From Eledone cirrhosa (Eukaryota), in the NCBI GenBank assembly GCA_964016885.1, contig CAXHJY010000517.1, forward strand, positions 62,001-126,000: a DNA stretch of 64,000 nucleotides, read 5' to 3'. The notes under the pieces were generated by a model. That model was not told the origin of the DNA. It did not search any database and saw only the letters and a program-made list of their open reading frames with translations. Positions 50,401 to 63,345 of this stretch are shown one piece after another (the stretch's first letter is position 1; each line of letters starts with the position of its first letter). Made by a program: the position numbers and the translations under genes.

Positions 50401-51950
50401 TTAGACTGTTGTCTTTAAGGTTCAGTCATTAGACTGTTGTCTTTAAGGTTCAGTCATTAGACTGTTGGCTTTAAGGTTCAGTCATTAGACTGCTGTCTTT
50501 ATGGTTCAGTCATTAGACTGTTGTCTTTAAGGTTCAGTCATTAGACTGCTGTCTTTAAGGTTCAGTCATTAGACTGCTGTCTTTAAGGTTTAGTCATTAG
50601 ACTGTTGTCTTTAAGGTTCACTCATTCGACTGCTGTCTTTAAGTTTCAGTCATTAGACTGCTGTCTTTAAGGTTCAGTCATTAGACTGCTGTCTTTAAGG
50701 TTCACTCATTAGACTGCTGTCTTTAAGGTTCGGTCATTAGACTGTTGTCTTTAAGGTTCAGTCATTAGACTGCTGTCTTTAAGGTTCAGTCATTAGACTG
50801 CTGTCTTTAAGGTTCAGTCATTAGACTGCTGTCTTTAAGGTTCAGTCATTAGACTGCTGTCTTTAAGGTTCAGTCATTAGACTGCTGTCTTTAAGGTTTA
50901 GTCATTAGACTGCTGTCTTTATGGTTCAGTCATTCGACTGTTGTCTTTATGTTTCAGTCATTCGACTGTTGTCTTTATGGTTCAGTCATTAGATTGTTGT
51001 CTTTAAGGTTTAGTCATTAGACTGCTGTCTTTAAGGTTCAGTCATTAGACTGCTGTCTTTAAGGTTCAGTCATTAGACTGCTGTCTTTATGGTTCAGTCA
51101 TTAGACTGTTGTCTTTAAGGTTCAGTCATTAGACTGCTGTCTTTAAGGTTCAGTCATTAGACTGCTGTCTTTAAGGTTCAGTCAATAGACTGTTGTCTTT
51201 AAGGTTCAGTCATTAGACTGTTGTCTTTAAGGTTCAGTCAGTAGACTGCTGTCTTTATGGTTCAGTCATTAGACTGTTGTCTTTAAGGTTCAGTCATTAG
51301 ACTGCTGTCTTTAAGGTTCAGTCATTAGACTGCTGTCTTTAAGGTTCACTCATTCGACTGCTGTCTTTATGGTTCAGTCATTCGACTGTTGTCTTTATGG
51401 TTCAGTCATTAGACTGTTGTCTTTAAGGTTCAGTCATTAGACTTCTGTCTTTAAGGTTTAGTCATTAGACTGCTGTCTTTAAGGTTCAGTCATTAGACTG
51501 TTGTCTTTAAGGTTCAGTCATTAGACTGCTGTCTTTAAGGTTCGGTCATTAGACTGCTGTCTTTAAGGTTCAGTCATTAGACTGCTGTCTTTATGGTTCG
51601 GTCATTCGACTGTTGTCTTTAAGGTTCAGTCATTAGACTGCTGTCTTTAAGGTTCAGTCATTAGACTGCTGCCTTCAAGGTTCAGTCATTTGACTCTTGT
51701 CTTTAAGGTTCACTAATTCGACGGCTGTCTTTAAGGTTCAGTCATTAGACTGCTGTCTTTAAGGTTCACTCATTAGACCGCTGTCTTTAAGGTTCAGTCA
51801 TTAGACTGCTGTTTTAAGGTTCAGTCATTAGACTGTTGTCTTTAAGGTTCAGTCATTAGACTTCTGTCTTTAAGGTTTAGTCATTAGACTGCTGTCTTTA
51901 AGGTTTAGTCATTAGACTGCTGTCTTTAAGGTTTAGTCATTAGACTGCTG
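26480..51950. repeat. Tandem macro-duplication in the satellite (~15.1-kb and ~10.4-kb copies)
   Basis: Rare markers GACTGATGTC at 26504/41561 and 27232/42289 (offset 15,057). TGACTCTTGT at 41281/51691 (offset 10,410). Confidence 0.85.
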
Positions 51951-54419
51951 TCTTTAAGGTTCAGTCATTAGACTGCTGTCTTTAAGGTTCGGTCATTAGA
52001 CTGCTGTCTTTAAGGTTCAGTCATTAGACTGCTGTCTTTATGGTTCGGTCATTCGACTGTTGTCTTTAAGGTTCAGTCATTAGACTGCTGTCTTTAAGGT
52101 TCAGTCATTAGACTGCTGCCTTCAAGGTTCAGTCATTAGACTGCTGTCTTTAAGGTTCAGTCATTAGACTGCTGTCTTTAAGGTTTAGTCATTAGACTGC
52201 TGTCTTTATGGTTCAGTCATTCGACTGTTGTCTTTATGTTTCAGTCATTCGACTGTTGTCTTTATGGTTCAGTCATTAGATTGTTGTCTTTAAGGTTTAG
52301 TCATTAGACTGCTGTCTTTAAGGTTCAGTCATTAGACTGCTGTCTTTAAGGTTCAGTCATTAGACTGTTGTCTTTAAGGTTCAGTCATTAGACTGCTGTC
52401 TTTATGGTTCAGTCATTAGACTGTTGTCTTTAAGGTTCAGTCATTAGACTGCTGTCTTTAAGCTTCAGTCATTAGACTGCTGTCTTTAAGGTTCAGTCAA
52501 TAGACTGTTGTCTTTAAGGTTCAGTCATTAGACTGTTGTCTTTAAGGTTCAGTCAGTAGACTGCTGTCTTTATGGTTCAGTCATTAGACTGTTGTCTTTA
52601 AGGTTCAGTCATTAGACTGCTGTCTTTAAGGTTCAGTCATTAGACTGCTGTCTTTAAGGTTCACTCATTCGACTGCTGTCTTTAAGGTTCAGTCATTCGA
52701 CTGTTGTCTTTATGGTTCAGTCATTAGACTGTTGTCTTTAAGGTTCAGTCATTAGACTTCTGTCTTTAAGGTTTAGTCATTAGACTGCTGTCTTTAAGGT
52801 TCAGTCATTAGACTGTTGTCTTTAAGGTTCAGTCATTAGACTGCTGTCTTTAAGGTTCGGTCATTAGACTGCTGTCTTTAAGGTTCAGTCATTAGACTGC
52901 TGTCTTTATGGTTCGGTCATTCGACTGTTGTCTTTAAGGTTCAGTCATTAGACTGCTGTCTTTAAGGTTCAGTCATTAGACTGCTGCCTTCAAGGTTCAG
53001 TCATTTGACTGTTGTCTTTAAGGTTCACTAATTCGACGGCTGTCTTTAAGGTTCAGTCATTAGACTGCTGTCTTTAAGGTTCACTCATTAGACCGCTGTC
53101 TTTAAGGTTCAGTCATTAGACTGCTGTTTTAAGGTTCAGTCATTAGACTGTTGTCTTTAAGGTTCAGTCATTAGACTTCTGTCTTTAAGGTTTAGTCATT
53201 AGACTGCTGTCTTTAAGGTTTAGTCATTAGACTGCTGTCTTTAAGGTTCAGTCATTAGACTGCTGTCTTTAAGGTTCAGTCATTAGACTGCTGTCTTTAA
53301 GGTTCGGTCATTAGACTGCTGTCTTTAAGGTTCAGTCATTAGACTGCTGTCTTTATGGTTCGGTCATTCGACTGTTGTCTTTAAGGTTCAGTCATTAGAC
53401 TGCTGTCTTTAAGGTTCAGTCATTAGACTGCTGCCTTCAAGGTTCAGTCATTAGACTGCTGTCTTTAAGGTTCAGTCATTAGACTGCTGTCTTTAAGGTT
53501 TAGTCATTAGACTGCTGTCTTTATGGTTCAGTCATTCGACTGTTGTCTTTATGTTTCAGTCATTCGACTGTTGTCTTTATGGTTCAGTCATTAGATTGTT
53601 GTCTTTAAGGTTTAGTCATTAGACTGCTGTCTTTAAGGTTCAGTCATTAGACTGCTGTCTTTAAGGTTCAGTCATTAGACTGTTGTCTTTAAGGGTCAGT
53701 CATTAGACTGCTGTCTTTATGGTTCAGTCATTAGACTGTTGTCTTTAAGGTTCAGTCATTAGACTGCTGTCTTTAAGGTTCAGTCATTAGACTGCTGTCT
53801 TTAAGGTTCACTCATTCGACTGCTGTCTTTATGGTTCAGTCATTCGACTGTTGTCTTTATGGTTCAGTCATTAGACTGTTGTCTTTAAGGTTCAGTCATT
53901 AGACTTCTGTCTTTAAGGTTTAGTCATTAGACTGCTGTCTTTAAGGTTCAGTCATTAGACTGCTGTCTTTAAGGTTCAGTCATTAGACTGTTGTCTTTAA
54001 GGTTCAGTCATTAGACTTCTGTCTTTAAGGTTTAGTCATTAGACTGCTGTCTTTAAGGTTTAGTCATTAGACTGCTGTCTTTAAGGTTCAGTCATTAGAC
54101 TGCTGTCTTTAAGGTTCAGTCATTAGACTGCTGTCTTTATGGTTCGGTCATTCGACTGTTGTCTTTAAGGTTCAGTCATTAGACTGCTGTCTTTAAGGTT
54201 CAGTCATTAGACTGCTGCCTTCAAGGTTCAGTCATTAGACTGCTGTCTTTAAGGTTCAGTCATTAGACTGCTGTCTTTAAGGTTTAGTCATTAGACTGCT
54301 GTCTTTATGGTTCAGTCATTCGACTGTTGTCTTTATGTTTCAGTCATTCGACTGTTGTCTTTATGGTTCAGTCATTAGATTGTTGTCTTTAAGGTTTAGT
54401 CATTAGACTGCTGTCTTTA

Positions 54420-57400
54420 AGGTTCAGTCATTAGACTGCTGTCTTTAAGGTTCAGTCATTAGACTGTTGTCTTTAAGGGTCAGTCATTAGACTGCTGTCT
54501 TTATGGTTCAGTCATTAGACTGTTGTCTTTAAGGTTCAGTCATTAGACTGCTGTCTTTAAGGTTCAGTCATTAGACTGCTGTCTTTAAGGTTCACTCATT
54601 CGACTGCTGTCTTTATGGTTCAGTCATTCGACTGTTGTCTTTATGGTTCAGTCATTAGACTGTTGTCTTTAAGGTTCAGTCATTAGACTTCTGTCTTTAA
54701 GGTTTAGTCATTAGACTGCTGTCTTTAAGGTTCAGTCATTAGACTGCTGTCTTTAAGGTTCAGTCATTAGACTGTTGTCTTTAAGGTTCAGTCATTAGAC
54801 TTCTGTCTTTAAGGTTTAGTCATTAGACTGCTGTCTTTAAGGTTTAGTCATTAGACTGCTGTCTTTAAGGTTCAGTCATTAGACTGCTGTCTTTAAGGTT
54901 CAGTCATTAGACTGCTGTCTTTAAGGTTCAGTCATTAGACTGCTGTCTTTATGATTCGGTCATTCGACTGTTGTCTTTAAGGTTCAGTCATTAGACTGCT
55001 GTCTTTAAGGTTCAGTCATTAGACTGCTGCCTTCAAGGTTCAGTCATTTGACTATTGTCTTTAAGGTTCACTAATTCACGGCTGTCTTTAAGGTTCAGTC
55101 ATTAGACTGCTGTCTTTAAGGTTCACTCATTAGACTGCTGTCTTTAAGGTTCAGTCATTAGACTGCTGTTTTAAGGTTCAGTCATTAGACTGTTGTCTTT
55201 AAGGTTCAGTCATTAGACTGTTGTCTTTAAGGTTCGGTCATTAGACTGCTGTCTTTAAGGTTCAGTCATTCGACTGTTGTCTTCAAGGTTCAGTCATTAG
55301 ACTGTTGTCTTTAAGTTTCAGTCATTAGACTGTTGTCTTTAAGGTTCAGTCATTAGACTGCTGTCTTTATGGTTCAGTCATTAGACTGTTGTCTTTAAGG
55401 TTTAGTCATTAGACTGCTATCTTTAAGGTTCAGTCATTAGACTCTTACCTTTAATGTTTAGTCATTAGACTGCTGTCTTTAAGGTTTGGTCATTAGACTG
55501 CTGTCTTTAAGGTTCAGTCATTACACTGCTGTCTTTAAGGTTCAGTCATTAGACTGCTGTCTTTATCGTTCAGTCATTAGACTGCTGTCTTTAAGGTTCA
55601 GTCATAAGACTGTTGTCTTTAAGGTTCAGTCATTAGACTGCTGTCTTTAAGGTTCACTCATTCGACTGCTGTCTTTAAGGTTCAGTCATTAGACTGTTGT
55701 CTTTAAGGTTCAGTCATTAGACTGCCGTCTTTAAGGTTCACTCATTCGACGGCAGTCTTTAAGGTTCAGTCATTAGACTGCTGTCTTTAAGGTTCACTCA
55801 TTCGACGGCTGTCTTTACGGTTCAGTCATTAGACTGCTGTCTTTAAGGTTCACTCATTCGACTGCTGTCTTTAGGGTTCAGTCATTAGACTGCTGTATTT
55901 AAGGTTCAGCCATTAGACTGCTGTCTTTAAGGTTCTGTCATTAGACTGCTGTCTTTAAGGGTTTCAGTCATTAGACTGTTGTCTTTAAGTGTTTCAGTCA
56001 TTAGACTGTTGTCTTTAAGGGTTTCAGTCATTAGACTGTTGTCTTTAAGGTTCGGTCATTAGACTGCTGTCTTTAAGGTTCAGTAATTAGACTGCTGTCT
56101 TTAAGGGTTTCAGTCATTAGACTGTTGTCTTTAAGGTTCGGTCATTAGACTGCTGTCTTTAAGGTTCAATCATTAGACTGCTGTCTTAAAGGTTCAGTCA
56201 TTAGACTGCTGTCTTTAAGGTTCAGTCATTAGACTGCTGTCTTTAAGGTTCAGTCATTAGACTGCTGTCTTTAAGGTTCGGTCATTAGACTGCTGTCTTT
56301 AAGGTTCATTCATTAGACTGCTGTCTTTAAGGTTCGGTCATTAGACTGCTGTCTTTAAGGTTCGGTCATTAGACTGCTGTCTTTAAGGTTCGGTCATTAG
56401 ACTGCTGTCTTTAAGTTTCGGTCATTAGACTGCTGTCTTTAAGGTTCATTCATTAGACTGCTGGCTTTAAGGTTCGGTCATTAGACTGCTGTCTTTAAGG
56501 TTCAGTCATTAGACTGCTGTCTTTAAGGTTCAGTCATTAGACTGCTGTCTTTAAGGTTCAGTCATTAGACAGCTGTCTTTAAGGTTCAGTCATTAGACTG
56601 CTGTCTTTATGGTTCGGTCATTAGACCGGTGTCTTTAAGGTTCGGTCATTAGACTGTTGTCTTTAAGGTTCAGTCATTAGACTGCTGTCTTTAAGGTTCA
56701 ATCATTAGACTGCTGTATTTAAGGTTCAGTCATTAGACTGCTGTCTTTAAGGTTCAGTCATTAGACTGCTGTCTTTAAGGTTCAGTCATTAGACAGCTGT
56801 CTTTAAGGTTCGGTCATTAGACTGCTGTCTTGAAGGTTCGGTCATTAGACTGCTGTCTTTAAGGTACAGTCATTAGACTGCTGTCTTTAAGGTTCAGTCA
56901 TTAGACAGCTGTCTTTAAGGTTCAGTCATTAGACTGCTGTCTTTATGGTTTGGTCACTAGACCGGTGTCTTTAAGGTTCGGTCATTAGACTGTTGTCTTT
57001 AAGGTTCAGTCATTAGACTGTTGTCTCTATGGTTCAGTCATTAGACTGTTGTCTTTAAGGTTCAGTCATTAGACTGTTGTCTTTATGGTTCAGTCATTAG
57101 ACTGTTGTCTTTAAGGTTCAGTCATTAGACTGTTGTCTTTAAGGTTCAGTCATTAGACTGCTGTCTTTAAGGTTCAGTCATTCGACTGCTGTCTTTAAGG
57201 TTCACTCATTCGACTGCTGTCTTTAAGGTTCACTCATTCGACTGCTGTCTTTAAGGTTCAGTCATTAGACTGTTGTCTTTATGGTTCTGTCATTAGACTG
57301 TTGTCTTTAAGGTTCGGTCATTAGACTGCTGTCTTTAAGATTCACTCATTCGACTGCTGTCTTTAAGGTTCGGTCATTAGACTGTTGTCTTTAAGGTTCA

Positions 57401-60400
57401 GTCATTAGACTGCTGTCTTTAAGGTTCAGTCATTAGACTGCTGTCTTTAAGGTTCAGTCATTAGACTGCTGTCTTTAAGGTTCAGTCATTAGACTGCTGC
57501 CTTTAAGGTTCAGTCATTAGACTGCTGTCTTTAAGGTTTAGTCATTAGACTGCTGTCTTTAAGGTTCAGTCATTAGACTGCTGTCTTTAAGGTTCACTCA
57601 TTCGACTGCTGTCTTTAAGGTTCAGTCATTAGACTGTTGTCTTTAAGGTTTAGTCATTAGACTGCTGTCTTTAAGGTTCAGTCATTAGACTGCTGTCTTT
57701 AAGGTTCAGTCATTAGACTGTTGTCTTTAAGGGTCAGTCATTAGACTGCTGTCTTTATGGTTCAGTCATTAGACTGTTGTCTTTAAGGTTCAGTCATTAG
57801 ACTGCTGTCTTTAAGGTTCAGTCATTAGACTGCTGTCTTTAAGGTTCACTCATTCGACTGCTGTCTTTATGGTTCAGTCATTCGACTGTTGTCTTTATGG
57901 TTCAGTCATTAGACTGTTGTCTTTAAGGTTCAGTCATTAGACTTCTGTCTTTAAGGTTTAGTCATTAGACTGCTGTCTTTAAGGTTCAGTCATTAGACTG
58001 CTGTCTTTAAGGTTCAGTCATTAGACTGTTGTCTTTAAGGTTCAGTCATTAGACTTCTGTCTTTAAGGTTTAGTCATTAGACTGCTGTCTTTAAGGTTTA
58101 GTCATTAGACTGCTGTCTTTAAGGTTCAGTCATTAGACTGCTGTCTTTAAGGTTCAGTCATTAGACTGCTGTCTTTAAGGTTCAGTCATTAGACTGCTGT
58201 CTTTATGATTCGGTCATTCGACTGTTGTCTTTAAGGTTCAGTCATTAGACTGCTGTCTTTAAGGTTCAGTCATTAGACTGCTGCCTTCAAGTTTCAGTCA
58301 TTTGACTATTGTCTTTAAGGTTCACTAATTCACGGCTGTCTTTAAGGTTCAGTCATTAGACTGCTGTCTTTAAGGTTCACTCATTAGACTGCTGTCTTTA
58401 AGGTTCAGTCATTAGACTGCTGTTTTAAGGTTCAGTCATTAGACTGTTGTCTTTAAGGTTCAGTCATTAGACTGTTGTCTTTAAGGTTCGGTCATTAGAC
58501 TGCTGTCTTTAAGGTTCAGTCATTCGACTGTTGTCTTCAAGGTTCAGTCATTAGACTGTTGTCTTTAAGTTTCAGTCATTAGACTGTTGTCTTTAAGGTT
58601 CAGTCATTAGACTGCTGTCTTTATGGTTCAGTCATTAGACTGTTGTCTTTAAGGTTTAGTCATTAGACTGCTATCTTTAAGGTTCAGTCATTAGACTCTT
58701 ACCTTTAATGTTTAGTCATTAGACTGCTGTCTTTAAGGTTTGGTCATTAGACTGCTGTCTTTAAGGTTCAGTCATTACACTGCTGTCTTTAAGGTTCAGT
58801 CATTAGACTGCTGTCTTTATCGTTCAGTCATTAGACTGCTGTCTTTAAGGTTCAGTCATAAGACTGTTGTCTTTAAGGTTCAGTCATTAGACTGCTGTCT
58901 TTAAGGTTCACTCATTCGACTGCTGTCTTTAAGGTTCAGTCATTAGACTGTTGTCTTTAAGGTTCAGTCATTAGACTGCCGTCTTTAAGGTTCACTCATT
59001 CGACGGCAGTCTTTAAGGTTCAGTCATTAGACTGCTGTCTTTAAGGTTCACTCATTCGACGGCTGTCTTTACGGTTCAGTCATTAGACTGCTGTCTTTAA
59101 GGTTCACTCATTCGACTGCTGTCTTTAGGGTTCAGTCATTAGACTGCTGTATTTAAGGTTCAGTCATTAGACTGCTGTCTTTAAGGTTCTGTCATTAGAC
59201 TGCTGTCTTTAAGGGTTTCAGTCATTAGACTGTTGTCTTTAAGTGTTTCAGTCATTAGACTGTTGTCTTTAAGGGTTTCAGTCATTAGACTGTTGTCTTT
59301 AAGGTTCGGTCATTAGACTGCTGTCTTTAAGGTTCAGTAATTAGACTGCTGTCTTTAAGGGTTTCAGTCATTAGACTGTTGTCTTTAAGGTTCGGTCATT
59401 AGACTGCTGTCTTTAAGGTTCAATCATTAGACTGCTGTCTTAAAGGTTCAGTCATTAGACTGCTGTCTTTAAGGTTCAGTCATTAGACTGCTGTCTTTAA
59501 GGTTCAGTCATTAGACTGCTGTCTTTAAGGTTCGGTCATTAGACTGCTGTCTTTAAGGTTCATTCATTAGACTGCTGTCTTTAAGGTTCATTCATTAGAC
59601 TGCTGGCTTTAAGGTTCGGTCATTAGACTGCTGTCTTTAAGGTTCAGTCATTAGACTGCTGTCTTTAAGGTTCAGTCATTAGACTGCTGTCTTTAAGGTT
59701 CAGTCATTAGACAGCTGTCTTTAAGGTTCAGTCATTAGACTGCTGTCTTTATGGTTCGGTCATTAGACCGGTGTCTTTAAGGTTCGGTCATTAGACTGTT
59801 GTCTTTAAGGTTCAGTCATTAGACTGCTGTCTTTAAGGTTCAATCATTAGACTGCTGTATTTAAGGTTCAGTCATTAGACTGCTGTCTTTAAGGTTCAGT
59901 CATTAGACTGCTGTCTTTAAGGTTCAGTCATTAGACAGCTGTCTTTAAGGTTCGGTCATTAGACTGCTGTCTTGAAGGTTCGGTCATTAGACTGCTGTCT
60001 TTAAGGTACAGTCATTAGACTGCTGTCTTTAAGGTTCAGTCATTAGACAGCTGTCTTTAAGGTTCAGTCATTAGACTGCTGTCTTTATGGTTTGGTCACT
60101 AGACCGGTGTCTTTAAGGTTCGGTCATTAGACTGTTGTCTTTAAGGTTCAGTCATTAGACTGTTGTCTCTATGGTTCAGTCATTAGACTGTTGTCTTTAA
60201 GGTTCAGTCATTAGACTGTTGTCTTTATGGTTCAGTCATTAGACTGTTGTCTTTAAGGTTCAGTCATTAGACTGTTGTCTTTAAGGTTCAGTCATTAGAC
60301 TGCTGTCTTTAAGGTTCAGTCATTCGACTGCTGTCTTTAAGGTTCACTCATTCGACTGCTGTCTTTAAGGTTCACTCATTCGACTGCTGTCTTTAAGGTT

Positions 60401-63345
60401 CAGTCATTAGACTGTTGTCTTTATGGTTCTGTCATTAGACTGTTGTCTTTAAGGTTCGGTCATTAGACTGCTGTCTTTAAGATTCACTCATTCGACTGCT
60501 GTCTTTAAGGTTCGGTCATTAGACTGTTGTCTTTAAGGTTCAGTCATTAGACTGCTGTCTTTAAGGTTCAGTCATTAGACTGCTGTCTTTAAGGTTCAGT
60601 CATTAGACTGCTGTCTTTAAGGTTCAGTCATTAGACTGCTGCCTTTAAGGTTCAGTCATTAGACTGCTGTCTTTAAGGTTTAGTCATTAGACTGCTGTCT
60701 TTAAGGTTCAGTCATTAGACTGCTGTCTTTAAGGTTCAGTCATTAGACTCTTACCTTTAAGGTTTAGTCATTAGACTGCTGTCTTTAAGGTTTAGTCATT
60801 AGACTGCTGTCTTTAAGGTTCAGTCATTAGACTGCTGTCTTTAAGGTTCAGTCATTAGACTGTTGTCTTTAAGGTTCAGTCATTAGACTGCTGTCTTTAT
60901 GGTTCAGTCATTAGACTGTTGTCTTTAAGGTTCAGTCAGTAGACTGCTGTCTTTAAGGTTCAGTCATTAGACTGCTGTCTTTAAGTTTCAGTCAATAGAC
61001 TGTTGTCTTTAAGGTTCAGTCATTAGACTGTTGTCTTTAAGGTTCAGTCAGTAGACTGCTGTCTTTATGGTTCAGTCATTAGACTGTTGTCTTTAAGGTT
61101 CAGTCATTAGACTGCTGTCTTTAAGGTTCAGTCATTAGACTGCTGTCTTTAAGGTTCACTCATTCGACTGCTGTCTTTATGGTTCAGTCATTCGACTGTT
61201 GTCTTTATGGTTCAGTCATTAGACTGTTGTCTTTAAGGTTCAGTCATTAGACTTCTGTCTTTAAGGTTTAGTCATTAGACTGCTGTCTTTAAGGTTCAGT
61301 CATTAGACTGTTGTCTTTAAGGTTCAGTCATTAGACTGTTGTCTTTAAGGTTTAGTCATTAGACTGCTGTCTTTAAGGTTCAGTCATTAGACTGCTGTCT
61401 TTAAGGTTCAGTCATTAGACTGTTGTCTTTAAGGTTCAGTCATTAGACTTCTGTCTTTAAGGTTTAGTCATTAGACTGCTGTCTTTAAGGTTTAGTCATT
61501 AGACTGCTGTCTTTAAGGTTCAGTCATTAGACTGCTGTCTTTAAGGTTCAGTCATTAGACTGCTGTCTTTAAGGTTCGGTCATTAGACTGCTGTCTTTAA
61601 GGTTCAGTCATTAGACTGCTGTCTTTATGGTTCGGTCATTAGACAGCTGTCTTTAAGGTTCGGTCATTAGACTGCTGTCTTGAAGGTTCGGTCATTAGAC
61701 TGCTGTCTTTAAGGTACAGTCATTAGACTGCTGTCTTTAAGGTTCAGTCATTAGACAGCTGTCTTTAAGGTTCAGTCATTAGACTGCTGTCTTTATGGTT
61801 TGGTCACTAGACCGGTGTCTTTAAGGTTCGGTCATTAGACTGTTGTCTTTAAGGTTCAGTCATTAGACTGTTGTCTCTATGGTTCAGTCATTAGACTGTT
61901 GTCTTTAAGGTTCAGTCATTAGACTGTTGTCTTTATGGTTCAGTCATTAGACTGTTGTCTTTAAGGTTCAGTCATTAGACTGTTGTCTTTAAGGTTCAGT
62001 CATTAGACTGCTGTCTTTAAGGTTCAGTCATTCGACTGCTGTCTTTAAGGTTCACTCATTCGACTGCTGTCTTTAAGGTTCACTCATTCGACTGCTGTCT
62101 TTAAGGTTCAGTCATTAGACTGTTGTCTTTATGGTTCTGTCATTAGACTGTTGTCTTTAAGGTTCGGTCATTAGACTGCTGTCTTTAAGATTCACTCATT
62201 CGACTGCTGTCTTTAAGGTTCGGTCATTAGACTGTTGTCTTTAAGGTTCAGTCATTAGACTGCTGTCTTTAAGGTTCAGTCATTAGACTGCTGTCTTTAA
62301 GGTTCAGTCATTAGACTGCTGTCTTTAAGGTTCAGTCATTAGACTGCTGCCTTTAAGGTTCAGTCATTAGACTGCTGTCTTTAAGGTTTAGTCATTAGAC
62401 TGCTGTCTTTAAGGTTCAGTCATTAGACTGCTGTCTTTAAGGTTCAGTCATTAGACTCTTACCTTTAAGGTTTAGTCATTAGACTGCTGTCTTTAAGGTT
62501 TAGTCATTAGACTGCTGTCTTTAAGGTTCAGTCATTAGACTGCTGTCTTTAAGGTTCAGTCATTAGACTGTTGTCTTTAAGGTTCAGTCATTAGACTGCT
62601 GTCTTTATGGTTCAGTCATTAGACTGTTGTCTTTAAGGTTCAGTCAGTAGACTGCTGTCTTTAAGGTTCAGTCATTAGACTGCTGTCTTTAAGTTTCAGT
62701 CAATAGACTGTTGTCTTTAAGGTTCAGTCATTAGACTGTTGTCTTTAAGGTTCAGTCAGTAGACTGCTGTCTTTATGGTTCAGTCATTAGACTGTTGTCT
62801 TTAAGGTTCAGTCATTAGACTGCTGTCTTTAAGGTTCAGTCATTAGACTGCTGTCTTTAAGGTTCACTCATTCGACTGCTGTCTTTATGGTTCAGTCATT
62901 CGACTGTTGTCTTTATGGTTCAGTCATTAGACTGTTGTCTTTAAGGTTCAGTCATTAGACTTCTGTCTTTAAGGTTTAGTCATTAGACTGCTGTCTTTAA
63001 GGTTCAGTCATTAGACTGTTGTCTTTAAGGTTCAGTCATTAGACTGTTGTCTTTAAGGTTTAGTCATTAGACTGCTGTCTTTAAGGTTCAGTCATTAGAC
63101 TGCTGTCTTTAAGGTTCAGTCATTAGACTGTTGTCTTTAAGGTTCAGTCATTAGACTTCTGTCTTTAAGGTTTAGTCATTAGACTGCTGTCTTTAAGGTT
63201 TAGTCATTAGACTGCTGTCTTTAAGGTTCAGTCATTAGACTGCTGTCTTTAAGGTTCAGTCATTAGACTGCTGTCTTTAAGGTTCGGTCATTAGACTGCT
63301 GTCTTTAAGGTTCAGTCATTAGACTGCTGTCTTTATGGTTCGGTC
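54420..63345. repeat. Right satellite domain with 3,254-bp and 1,708-bp tandem duplications
   Basis: ATGATTCGGT at 54951/58205 and CACTAATTCACGG at 55069/58323 (3,254). TGAAGGTTCG at 59973/61681 and GACTCTTACC at 60746/62454 (1,708). Confidence 0.85.
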
